A stretch of DNA of 63,668 bases, counting the filler, from Sphaeroforma arctica JP610 (Eukaryota), in NCBI RefSeq assembly GCF_001186125.1. It is 9 parts of 2 records of this genome, joined end to end, with 100 filler letters (N's around TTAATTAATTAA, not from the genome) between each part and the next. Parts side by side here need not be neighbours in the genome. Positions count along the whole stretch, not along the records: positions 5,199 to 16,095 come from NW_014040528.1; positions 16,196 to 33,175 come from NW_014040528.1; 7 more parts are not named here. One strand, written 5' to 3'. Positions 11,960 through 24,900 of this stretch are shown here, piece by piece. The position numbers and the translations under genes are program-made. How positions within the stretch are numbered: the stretch's first letter is position 1; each line of letters starts with the position of its first letter. A model generated the notes under the pieces. That model had not been told where the DNA came from, searched no databases, and was given only the letters and a program-made list of their open reading frames with translations.

Positions 11960-13330
11960 GAATTGTGTCGACGATGGAAGATATCAAAAACCTGACACCA
12001 TCGAGTGTGCCATGTATTCGCTTGCTGACCTACTAATTAGCGTACCCACCTTTGTGATACAAATCCGGTCTGCCCTATAAAAGTCAGACTAACCAGGCTG
12101 ACTATCGATGTCAATAAGTTAACATAAAAAAAATACGATTTCAAAAAATATTTGCACAATGTAATTTAAGTTTAGCTTTAGCCCTTGGTATTGAGCTAAA
12201 AGATTAGGGGAGTTAAGACTGAGACTATTGTCTTAATTAAATCAGATTTCATTTCATTAGATACAAGATATTATGTTCCGTATCATTTTACACCACGCTT
12301 CGAAACAATTTTACAATCGCAATCACTAGTACAATAACTCTAAGTCCAACTTAGGAAAATAAAAAAATAAATCAAAAACACCTTGTTGGTACATGTAAGT
12401 GTCTGTACCTATACCCCATCGAATGGTACCTAGCTCTCCATCCCATTGAAGGCATAGACGGGCATATCTAGTCGGCTGGCTAGGGGGGATCATTTTCCTG
12501 CCCCATTTCTCAGTGGGCTATCTCGTGCTGAGAGTATTCGGAAATATAACATGTGTCATCAAGTGTCAATTTCACCTGAGACTCTCCCAACTATTATATC
12601 CCAATATTCCGATGGAAAACATATCGTTGTAGAGAAGCCATCATATCAATATCAACAGCGTCTCCGGCCTCTGTTGTAAACAAATATATTTCCAAATATC
12701 CCAAAATAGATTATTTGTTTGTTTGTTTTCTGGAACTTCAATATATCTAAATTTGGATTTTTTTGATTATTATACAAATATCTACAATTGCGTTTCAACG
12801 TATACCAGATTTTACAACCGTAATAGCGTTTAAACGGTAATACTTTTATAATATACGTTTAACATGTGCTTCTACTACAGGAACCCACTGATTTTACATG
12901 TCGTGGAATGAATTAGTGCAGAGTAGGACCAGGCTATCCATCATAATTCGGTTGAGGGGCACAGAGGTTGGGGATGAACCAATGCCACACCAGACCACGG
13001 ACGCACTCGGTATGTGCTGGTTGGCCTGGATTGGAAGTATCATAGGCGGAAACAACAGGCGTGATCACTTGATTCGGACAGAAATTTGTGAGTAATATTT
13101 CAATAGCGTGATTAGCCGGGGTATGGAAAACATCTGTTGGTGTGTCAGAGGTGGGTGTGAATACGGGGGTTGTTCTACATGCTGGAGAAAGGATCCAGGG
13201 TATTAATGGAGGGTCCAGATACCGTGGATATCGTGGCGCTCATGAAATTGATGGAGGAGGTCAGGGCAAATGGGAGGCAGTTTTGGTCCTACTAGGATAC
13301 GTCGGATCAATTATTATTGCAGGCAAAGTG
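11960..13330. repeat. Dispersed repeat of unknown family, interrupted by an insertion at ~12090-12890
   Basis: 11960-12080 and 12900-13330 align visibly, in the same orientation, with 42760-43330. Confidence 0.7.
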
Positions 13331-13732
13331 GCTGGTAGTGAATTTGTGGCCGAGCAATGTGAACATGCACGTATTCGTTGCAACCATGTATTCGTTGCAA
13401 TCAAAGCCGATGGGTCGTGTCTGGCTTTGTCCCGATTTGAGGTTGGCGATTTGCCCGTAACCAGTTGGTTATAATATTAGCGCCGGGCCATTGCCGCATT
13501 CTCCTTGTTGGACCAACGTTCCGTTGAGTTATTTCTAATGTCGTCACCGTGTCGGCGGAGGGCTACATGGTCTAGTGTACACCCGCCCGTGGGTTTGTAT
13601 ACAGTTTTCAGGTGGGCATAGATACTGTACAGGAAGCACAGTGATGGTTTGTCGTGAACCCAGGCGGTTAAGTAGGGTTTTTCTGGCCATTGAGTCGAGT
13701 TGTGTTTCCAGGTGTAAAAAGAGCGGGTTCCT

Positions 13733-13910
13733 AATAGTAGTTGCACAGTTAACGCAACTTATAATACTGGAATACGTTTAACGAATTGGACATGAACAAG
13801 AACTGAGATATTCAAGATTCTGAACATGTGATAGTACTCAGTAGAGTATGGGACTCTACTGTGGACGATTAGGTGGTTTTCCAAATATAGATTGGGTTTT
13901 CCACTGAATT
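13733..13910. repeat. Direct repeat of 16197-16406
   Basis: Near-identical ataatactggaatacgtttaacgaattggacatg...ggttttcca; the second copy has a short extra insert. Confidence 0.85.
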
Positions 13911-15928
13911 CAAATCTTCCATGGCAAATAATACCACGGTTGCTAAATTATGTACATATTCAAGATGCTACCATCACGTTGTGTTGTCCCCTAAGACACT
14001 CAGATAAATGGATATCACAGTTGATCTCAACGATACAATGTGAGCCGATCTATGTGGATAGAAAGGTAGATACTTTTCTCTACCAGGGTACCCGTGCAGT
14101 CCAAAAGACGCCTTGGCGACATACTATTATATGTCGAATAGGTCCAGTTGGAACAACCAAGTGGACACCATCCGAGACTTTTAAACAGAAGGTTGAGGAA
14201 TCCAAGATTCCACTCTTGAATCCTAAGTCTCAATCAGAGACTGAGCCAACACAAGGACCTACAGTATGTGTTACCGAGATACAGCCAAATTCCGCAACAC
14301 TAACGAACGCCTTCTACAACAAGATACGGTCTGACAGGGAAACTGCATACCAAACAGGAACTCGATTACTTAAGCAATTGACGAATGACTTTCCCGAGGT
14401 ATATGATCATGTGACTCAACTAATGGATAGATCAAACATTAGTCGGATTCACGATGCAGAAGCCTTAGGCGAGATTGGACAAGACGAGTCTTCGAGTCCA
14501 GGTGATGACGCGGTGGAATCCTCACCTCCTGATTTCAATGTAATCACATGGGGCGATTCTGAAGTGGTTAAGATGAAAAACATGCGCTTAAGCACATGGA
14601 TAAGGTTTGAACTGAGAAAGATTGCAAGAGGTGCGGAATCGTACACCCGAACCTCAAGCAATATATATCTCAGGTGCATCACGAATGTAACAACTGCGAA
14701 GTTAACCGGATTTAGCACTAATGATACGCACCTTTACGCAGCGTATCAGAAGACGGGCCGTGGCGCCGGGTTATCATTGATTTGGTTAAGCTACCCACGT
14801 CTGAACACACGAAGGATAAATATGTCATATAATGTATTGTATCCGCTGAAAGATAAATCGACTCACACTGTAGCTGAGTGCATATATAAGTATTGTATGT
14901 TCCGACAACGGTAGTGAGTTTACAGGAGATGTCATGACGACACTGTTACTCGTTGCGGGATCATGCCATAAGATGGGTGTACCTTACAAGCCTCATACAC
15001 AAGGGGCGAACGAGGTACGACACAGAAAGATGAAGGAGTTCATGCAAGGAGCACTACTTGATGATGCTGACATGTGGCCGTACTCAATCAATTGGGTACA
15101 TACACAGATGAACGAATCACCTGATTCAGTCACTGGTACAACACCCGCTCACTATCTCCGGGGCCGTTATAGTGAATTACAGATCCCCTTCAACAAGGAG
15201 TCTCAAGATGGTCATGCGTTATCAAGGTTAGAGAGGATGCGTCGGACCAGAGATGTAGTCTATCCTTGCTTAAAGGAGAGATGAAAGATATCGCTCTCAA
15301 GAAGAGACAAAAGCGATGGAATGATACCAAGAAAATAGTCGAAATTGAGGTAGGTGATATAGTCAACATTATGGCACGCAACTCCGATACAACTGTGCTT
15401 ACGGCTAAATACATTGTACCATTTATGATCTCTGTGGCCGATAAGAAGAGCGGAACGTATGAAGTTAACAACGATGATGGCTCTAGTGCCTTAAATATCG
15501 GGTCACATCGAATCCCTACGACAGAGATCATTCTTTGTCGCACACGTGAAGCTACTACACCTCTTATGTCTTACGAGTTTAAGAAGATTCTAGAGAAGTA
15601 CAAACATGAAGATATGACATATTACACTACGGAGTTCGCCGATGAAGCACAGTATGATCTTCCACCATCAGCATTTGATGATCCGGATGTACTAAAGGCT
15701 TTTAATAAGAAGTTTCACAAACGCTTACACAAAAACAAGGCTGATGCAGAAGCAATCTTACCATCAAATAAGCGACCCGAAGTGGTTAAGATCTATCCAC
15801 AGACATCATACATTCCCAGCTTTAAACAGCATGGAATGTACGTACCTCCAAAAGGTATTAAGAAACGTCGCATCCACCATCGGGGACCACAAGGACCAAA
15901 GCCCAAACGTAATAGAGTAACCGAGTAA
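13911..15928 (+). mobile_element. Ty3/gypsy-like LTR-retrotransposon fragment, copy 1: MTase C-terminal half, DDE integrase, chromodomain-like tail; frameshifted
   Basis: NLPWQIIPRLL...ATITLCCP...KW (MTase); PWRRVIIDLVKLPTS and PYKPHTQGANEVRHRKMKEFM...W...N...TGTTP (integrase); AKYIVPF (GPY/F-like); YEFKKIL...FDDPDVLKAF (chromo-like). Confidence 0.8.
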
Positions 15929-17048
15929 CTTATAACGTCTAAGTATACTTTGTCTAAGAGAATATAACATAAGCATTGAGGCCGTTATATAATCGAACCC
16001 CGTTTCTTTCCTTTTTGCTTGTACAATTCATGTGAGCTTTTTGAGTCTATGTGCTAATACCACATATAAGCCAACATTGTAATTTTCAAGTCTGANNNNN
16101 NNNNNNNNNNNNNNNNNNNNNNNNNNNNNNNNNNNNNNNTTAATTAATTAANNNNNNNNNNNNNNNNNNNNNNNNNNNNNNNNNNNNNNNNNNNNAAATA
16201 GTAGTTGCACAGTTAACGTATATTATAAACGTATAAACATAATAACGTTTATGATTATAATACTGGAATACGTTTAACGAATTGGACATGAACAAGAACT
16301 GAGATATTCAAGATTCTGAACATGTGATAGTACTCAGTAGAGTATGGGACTCTACTGTGGACAATTAGGTGGTTTTCTAAATATAGATTGGGTTTTCCAT
16401 TGAATTAGAATTGTACATAATATAGGAACGACACCAATCTGACATCTGAAAATAACACTTTGGGAATCTCTAATTAACGGGAGTACCATGAGAGAGGGCC
16501 TCAGGCATGAAATGAATGTTGGTACAAACCTATGGTATAATTCGATAATAATCTCAGAGCAAGATAATCCACTGAGATACGGACAGGATCAGAGTTGTTA
16601 GAATTTAGGGCAACATGGTTTTGATTCCTTCTAGCCAGTCAACTAGATGTGCCCGTCTATGCCTTAAATGGAATGGAGAGCTAGGTACCAAGTGATGGGG
16701 TTTAGGTGCAGATGTATACTGCACCGACTTGATGTTTTGATTTTCTTTTTCTTTTCTTAAGTTGGACTTAGAGATATTTTATTGGTTAGTTTGAATAGGT
16801 AATTGTTTCGAGGCGTGAAATGTCAACTAAGCGTCCAATAAAATGATATCTAATTTTATTAACTAAAACATAATTAAATCTAGACCGAAGTAGTGAGTGA
16901 TTAGAGCGGAGCATATAGACAATAGTCTCAGTCTAAAATCCCCATATCTTTTGCTCATTACCAAGGGCTGAAGCTAAACTTATTTAACATTTTGCATTTT
17001 AACGTATTAACGTAGTCTTATCAACGTAAACGTCTTGGTATCGTATAG

Positions 17049-20000
17049 TCAGCCTAGAGGAGACCGACTTTTACACAGGCAGCCTCCGAGATAATCCGCG
17101 AATGGTCGCGTAGGGAGCAGCAGGCCACAAAAGTGGAGTAAGTTTGTTTGATGTTTAGGAAATCTAGGGTATTTAGTGCCCATGATGATGGCTGCTGCTT
17201 TGATGAGTGCTGAGTTATAGCGCTCGAACAGAAGGTCCAGCGCATCCTTCCATATAGGCGGAGCCTGTAAGATTCGGTCTGTCAAGTCAATATTAACGTC
17301 TTAGATTAATTAAACGCTTAGGTTAAGTCTAAGTATCGCGAAATTCGAAGTAAATGAACGAAATGAGTCTTTTGGTAAAGTTAGGTATGCCTCGTGAAAA
17401 CAGCAATACTCGGAGGGATCGTGAGGCTGAGACATTGCCTATATATAATCCTCTCAGTACTGTTTTCGCCGAAGGGATTTTATTTAGTGTTTCGTTGTCG
17501 CTCTATTAGAAACTATGGTATGTTTCGTTGATGCAAATCAGAGAGACTCATAAAATCCTATCTTAAGAAAAAGAAAAAAGAGAGAAAAATACTCTTGACG
17601 TCCTTAGTTATTGTCTTAACCAATAACTTGCCACTTATCAAGAATTACCGACATAGCCTTCATCAGACTGGCACATCTGGTTGGCTGAACGGAGGTTAAA
17701 CTAGGTAACACTAATAGTCCCTAGAAACCCATATTCGGTTGAGCCATCTCGCTACCGAAGTATTCAGATATAAATAGATTTGGAAAGTAAATATAGTTCT
17801 ATTAATAGAACTCGGCCAAATCTTATGTTTGGTATTTTACTGGGGCCTTTTTATGGCCTTGTCCAAATATCTGATATGTAAAATGGAAAAGGTATTCATT
17901 AATAAAACCGTTAAAACCCATTTAGGAAACTTAGGTTCCTTGTACTATTAAGAGTACGTTTATAGTTTACGTACTGCTTAAGAGTACGTTTATAACATAG
18001 AGTCTAATGTGAAGGCCCGGCTATTACAAGCCCGGGCAATAATATTCAGGCCATATGTAGCCGTGGATAGGATGAATATTTTGAGCAGCACTAGCCGGTT
18101 GCGGGGGTGTCACCAGCTGAAGCCATGGAAACTGTAAGCGTGGAAAGAAGCGATACCCAAAGACAATGCTGCAACCAGGGATTCCATATGTCTGGTGAGG
18201 TTGACCCCTGTTATTCCGTAGGAGAGTGGAAACTCCATATATTTGAGAGTTTATGTGGGCGCCATCTTCAGGGGGAGGTAACGTGTGTTCCAAGAGGCGA
18301 CTGCGAGCGTCGGCGTGATAAGCTCACTATTTATGCGGAGGGTTGGCGCCGCGTGTCGCAAGTCAGTAGATGTGCTAAGGGGTTGATGACACCCTGTTCG
18401 AGGGCAGATTTGCGTCCCCGAGCATCAATGTCGTCTAAAAAAGGTTAGAGCGGAAGCCGTTGTGGGTCTTGGATCCGTGTGTCGTCGACAAATAAATAAG
18501 AGCGGAGGAGCTTGGCCCAGAATTGTGTTAGCGTGACAGCTAAGGAATCCATGTAGATAATAAAGAGCTGGGGGCCACCGATTGAGCCTTTTAGGATGCC
18601 ATTCGTTCTATGGAAAAGAGGCGAGAGCGTGCCACGGTATGTCACTCGGGTAGGGACTCTCTCAAATAGCCCGCAGAGACAGTTAATCCAGTTTTCAGTC
18701 ATTCCAGCGTAGCGCAGGAGTACCCACAGGCGTTGGAGAGCAACCTTGCGTATGGCTTGGTAATGTCCAGATAGACGTCGTTCCACTCCTCTTCGAACTG
18801 TGTCTCCATTCCATGGGGGCTGAGTGCTTGGGTATGGCAGGAGTATCGTGATTTGAAGCCAGCTTGGGTAGCATGGGTAACAAAGCCGGGGTGGGTCGTA
18901 ATCAACTTGAGGAAGAACTTCTCAAAGATATGTCTGACTATTTGTGTAAGCGTGATAGGGCGGAAGTCGGCGGGGGAGGTGATATCTGCATCGAATTTTT
19001 TTTCGGGTGCGCTGTCAAGAGGCTGTAGTTCAGGGCTACAGGGAAGGTACCCGCCTTCAGTAGCTCAGTAAAAGCTTTGGCAAGGAGTCTAATCAGTGGG
19101 TTATTGATGTCGGGGCGTCCTAGTGTCCTGCGTTCGGTGGAGCGCTCCACTGCGGCCTTCGGGAGGAGGATGTGGATCCCGTCGGGGCCAGGCCCCTTAT
19201 TGGGATAGCGTAGTATAGCCTCCATTACATCGTTGGGGCGTATGGCGGAAGTAATATTTGGCGAGGGTTGGGTATCCGTTGGAACCACGTACGGGTTTGT
19301 AAAGTTGAATAGGTCCTCAAAGTAGCCAGTGAGGGTGGCGCCTGTGTCATCGGCACCCGGTATGCAGGGGTGGCGCGGAGACCGTCGTTGGTACGCAAAA
19401 TCTTTGAATTTTGAGTATTGCTTTGGGCGGTCAGACGTGGGCGGAACGAGCGGTATAGCAGCCGTTGGGCCCAGGGTCTGTTTATGTCGTAGTAGAATCC
19501 CCCGAAGATTTGTGGGTTAGCGGCATAATGCCCGACTGTGCAAGGTGAGATACGACCGTAGTAGGTTCTGATGCGCCCGGGTTTCGGCTTGGAATGGTCG
19601 CGCTCGGGATTGGTTGCGTAGGTGGTATAGTCGATGGCGGTATCGGTTATATCCATGAGAGGTGAGGCGTTGGTATGGAGGCGGCGGCATTGTTGGCGTT
19701 GGGGCCGATGGATTTGTTCCGTTGGAAGTACCTGGAGATCGAGTTCAAAGGTGTGGTCACCACAGATACCGTAGTCCGTCAGTTTGTAGGTCTGGAGGGA
19801 GGTGGGGGTGGTAGGCCGGTGATACGCATGTTCTGTACCAGTTGAGCCGCCAGCATAGAGGTAGTCCAAGTGCCACGTTTTACGCAGGGTAGTCGTGTTC
19901 ATACGTAGTCCGTGATTTGTAGATGTGTGGCCATACTTATGGGCTTTGAAGTTGAAGTCCCCCCAAACGATGTCTGGTTGTAAATTGCCAATCTCGGGGG

Positions 20001-21900
20001 GATTCATGTATCGTCTGACGTCTTCTTCGGTAAGTGATTTGAGTGGGAGGTAGAATACAGCCATGTGAACGCCAAAGCACACAAAGAACACCGCGTACGG
20101 TGAGGAGTGTACAAGTTGAAATTTCGATGGGTGGTGTTTGGAAAGATGCCAATACCACAGTGTGAAGGGTGTATGATATTATGCTGTGCTGTGTGATGTA
20201 GAATATGATAGTGTGTGTTCGAGCGTATATGATTAAAGAAATGTGGTGTTATACCAGGTTTCGACCACACACATAACATCGACCTGACTCAAAATCGATA
20301 TATCGTTCAAACACTTATCTGTATGTTCTGCGTCGTCCATGTTGAGTCCTTATTGGTTGAAGAGCGTCATCCTCATTGGTCTTAACATTGTTCATTCTCG
20401 GTCAACACTACTGGACTCTCTTCCTTCTTGATGTCAGTCATTTCTATATCGTTGCCTGTCGTCGAAGAGTCTGTGGTGGAAAGTGGAGGCTGCGTGTTGG
20501 TCACCATCGTGTCGGATGGTTGTGTCGGAGAGACTGTTGGTACATGGAGTCGTCCGGGCTGTGCACGCGCTGGGTCTTTAGCGCCTGCCGGGATTCGCGG
20601 GTTAGGTAAGAAAAGGGTTGCATTGTAGAAATACGGCCTCCGGTCATGAGATAACACATTGGTTTTTATTTGTATTTAAAAAAATTTAATACAAGTTTTT
20701 TTTCTCCAATATTTCCAAAGTGTTCTAAATTCACTTTGATGGCTCCAATAGCCTGAGTTTTTGGTATAGCTCGTTTACTTGGACCTATTTGAGACGGTAG
20801 TAGATGTAAGATATTATAAACTAAATTTTATAATCTCTGAACTACTACTTGCAGGTTTTGGTCTTCCCGCCAATCTCCAAAATCCAATCTTTTTCTTTAT
20901 TTAACTTTTCTTCAGATGGAACTTTATTTATATTAGCTAATGTATTAACTTGACTTACGTTCTTATGTCGATACGAACACTTAGTACTTCTAGTGAAAAC
21001 TATTCAATAAAGAACAACTAGAGGTACGTCCTGTGTGATCGAGGATATTAAGGCTCTTACCAAGAGGCAGTCCCGATCATTTTTACACAAGCTACCACTG
21101 CTAAATCCTAACTGATTTAAATTGTATTTTAGTTCATATAACATAGTTTAAAACATAGAAATATCCATCGAAGTTTACAGCATCATGTTTTATGGTTCGC
21201 ACCATGTTTTGCTTGGTATGCCTTCTGGAGTCAGTCCGTGGTAGATTGGAGGATATCTGCGTTAGTGAAGTTGACAAGAGGGTTCAGTAGAGCATCCATG
21301 CTGCAGGCAAGATTTTTTGGCGCTCGTTCTTGTGTGCAGCGGGTCTCCCGCTTAATGCGGAGATAGTGGTTTAAAGCTGCTTTCGTAGCGTCGGGATGTT
21401 GTTGGAAGCGGGGGTAGATGGTTTTATCAAATTGCCATTTCCACGTAAGCGCTGCATGTCGTTTCACCTGGGCGACAGCGTGGCTAGGAACACAAAGGCG
21501 AACAAACCTGGTGGATCCGATTTGGTTGAGATACCGGTTTAGACGAGAGATACCAGAGAAAGTGGTGGCGATTGAGGAGTGGTTGGGCATGCCAGTATTT
21601 TTCAAATACTGGTTGGGATGGGGGCTTGCCGTTAGGGAGAAGAAGAACCATACCGGAGTTATGTCATCCAATTTGTGAAGAGTTTGTCCGGCATCGGGCG
21701 GCCCACCACTTTCGGCACTGGCGGCTGCAGTAGGGGCTGAAAAGCTGGAGGAGTCAGAACCTTGCTCAAGATGAAGCATAACCAAAGGACTCTTCTCTTT
21801 TGAACAAACGTAAATCTAAGAAGAAGGCTGTCATAGATGCCGTCGCCGCCGCCGCCGAAGCTGAAGCAAATTAAGCCGCTGTCGGAGCAATTGTCACCAG
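17049..21900 (-). mobile_element. Degenerate non-LTR retrotransposon (LINE: ORF1 plus APE endonuclease-RT ORF2), apparently interrupted by insertions
   Basis: APE motifs N..GL...DVMCVVETW (~20260-20365) and WGDFN (~19950). RT motifs GPGPDGI, PKK...DFRPITL, QAGF, YLDITKPY, GILKGSIGGPQLFIIYMD and FVDD (18481-18492). ORF1-like segments at 21231-21785 and 20382-20657; a possible 3' piece at 17049-17285. Confidence 0.85.
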
Positions 21901-21949
21901 CCAAAAAACCCCTTCAACAAGAAACTGACTACTGCATTAAGAAAGAAGT

Positions 21950-24900
21950 CGTCCGAAGAAAGAGCTCGAAGGTCTATTATTTAAATATTGTCCCCGCTTC
22001 AAAACTCACTTTTTCAGAGTTATGAAGCAAAACACAACTCGAAGCTTTAGAACAATCCCTACAATCTGTTCAAGAAGAAGAAAACTAAGGAGTATTCTCC
22101 GGTCCTGGCAAATAAAGACGGCACCCGAGGAAACCTTAAGAGATACGAGCTCTCAAGGCTCACTCAACACATGGGAGAAGTCTACCACGCCAACTAAGAT
22201 AAGTAAGCTGACGGACAAGAACGCTGAACTTAAGTCTTAGTACATATTATCACCTCTTCAACTAAAATTTGTAAATGAGAATCCGGCTTTAATCGTATAT
22301 ATGGATCAGTACAGTGACAAAGCACGCCGCTTACGTGAACGACTGTACTAGAGCGTTCACGGAGTAGACTCGTAGTCAGCAAGCTAGTGGAACCGCCAAC
22401 TATGAAATCCCCTACCAGTCTATTGAAAATCAGATGCCTAGTGGTGACATAGTGGAAGCCGCAGAAGCTAAAGCCCCAGCAAGAGAGGCCAAAACCGAGC
22501 CGGTGTAGAAGTCAAACAAAACCAACCCATCTAAAAATCAAGTTTTGACGAATATGTTCAGGAACACGACACTCACCAGTGCTTGAAAGGGAACATTGTT
22601 CATGTAGAACAATAAAACACCAATTTAAGCTCTTCAGTTCCTAAAGGACCACTTCGGTTAAGCCAAGTCAACCGTGAAAGTTTATCCCAGTACGGGAGAC
22701 ATTTACATTGTATCCCCTAAGCCCACTGGCGAAAGTCACGAAGCCGACCTTCAGTTTTGGTCACAACTAAAGAGGAACCAAGAATACAATGAAGCAGGCC
22801 AGCAAAACTGAGTTTGCATAGACGAGGTTACTATGAAGATACGGCATCCGTAATATGGATGAGGTCGACTAATATGCAAAACTGATCACACAGAAGAAAA
22901 TTGACCAGGTGTTGCAAGCTCAGGTAGGGATCGTGACAATCAGAAGTTCAAGGTAATGAATAGCGAGCTTAGAAGTCGAACTAAGATGCCGACACAAAGC
23001 CGGAGTATATGAATATCCATGATCTTGAGACGCTGACACAAACTTTACAAGCATGGCATATCGATGAGCTTGAGCGATGCCGCAATTTGCCGGATGTGTA
23101 CACTGTACTGGCTAGCAACATTCCTCTTAAGTCAGGATATGCCCAGTCCAAGCATTTGATTTACATTAGTACCACAGAGCACCCTACACTACAACTTTGA
23201 GCTATACTTTGAAGATTTATGTCGACCTTCTGAGACCTGGCATAACCAGGGGTATCAAACGTTACTCGAAATGTACGTGTCGTATACGAACATCGGAAGT
23301 AACGATTGTAAAAAGTTCTATTCACCCGATCAGAGTCACAAAAGAAGTTCTATCTGACCGGTTTACGGTGGGAACAGGTAAACGAGAATATGACGGAGAG
23401 TCGTTCTGAGAATAGGGCAATGTCTAAAGAGAAAGTGTTTAATAAGAAACCGCGAGACCAAATCTACCAAGAATAAGTCGCACTTCTCCCATCAACGTGT
23501 ACCGCGTGACCTGTTAAGTCGGTGCGAGCTGATAAGAAAGCTCTTTACAAATGGGAGAAGATTTGTACTGACAACACATGCGGCTATGATATTTACCAAC
23601 TTACACCCAATGGCTACTGGAACGGCAAACACACTCCAGCTTGTTCACACTATCTCAACAAATGTGACAAGTGCAAGATGACAAATGTAATGTCACGCCA
23701 AAGGTACAGGCTGTAACATCAACCCAGGCATTAAGCTGGTATGAAAATGTTACCAGGCCCAATCCCTACAGCACAAAAGATGACGACTTTATAGACGAGT
23801 ACGAAATAAATACGGTATACTGCAACGAAAATAAAATTATCGCTTAATTGATCCCGGTTCCGAGAAAACGTGGATTGTTGATCGCTTTGCCTCAGTAAAC
23901 GATATCGAACGTAGAGCACGAACAACTCACCTATTGTAAGCAGATGAGAAGACTTCATAAAGCGGCATTACAGGTGTAAAGATCTCGTTAGCCGACGATC
24001 GCACCGTCACTACGCAAGCTGTGATAGTTAATATGTCATCCCAAAATTACAACGGTATCGTAGTCAGAATGAGTGGCCTACTTATGATAGAAAGAACAGT
24101 AGCTGTGGTACCAAATAATATGAAGCCATTAGAGGATCAATCAGGCGATAACTGTCTTAAACCTTATCAGCCCCTGTCTGACATCGTCATGGAATCAATA
24201 CCTGACTTTACAGACAAGATATTAAATGGATCTTATTATTGTAAACAAGAAAATTGAGAATACAGATTGGGCGAAGTTCCGGTTTGATGACGAATGCCTA
24301 GACAAGACTAAAGTAAATTATACTATGCTGATCCTTCAAGGAAGTATGTATCATGAATATGTAAATGAAGCGGTAGTAAAATAACAAGTAAAGAAGTGGC
24401 TAGCTGATGGGGTAATAGAAATTAATTTAAAAAAAAACAAAACAAACGCCAGTTAATCTAGCATATCTTGTAGTCAATTAATAATACTGTGACGGTTTGT
24501 TTCGAAAGGTCAGAGAATGTTTAAAAACGACTCCGATAAATAAGCTATTGCCGATTCTTCCCTCGTATAAGCGAGCTACTAAAAGGAATGGAAGGAGGCT
24601 CAGTCTTTAGCACTATATACCCTATTTATGAACCAAATCGTAGATTTTATAGTTCCACATGGAAAAGGAACAAACATCGCTTCGAAGGAGCAATGTCTGA
24701 GCTACATTCCCAACAAGCATTCTTTTAACCAGTTTTTGTAACGATGTATGCTGATATGCCCAATGTGCAGGTATATATAGACGATTTGTATGTCTTCTTT
24801 AAAACAGCAAGTCAACATGCCTTAGTTCGAAGAGATATACAGAGACTCAACGAAAAATACGTTTAGATAAGCTAGTAGAAGTATTATTTAGTAATGTGCG

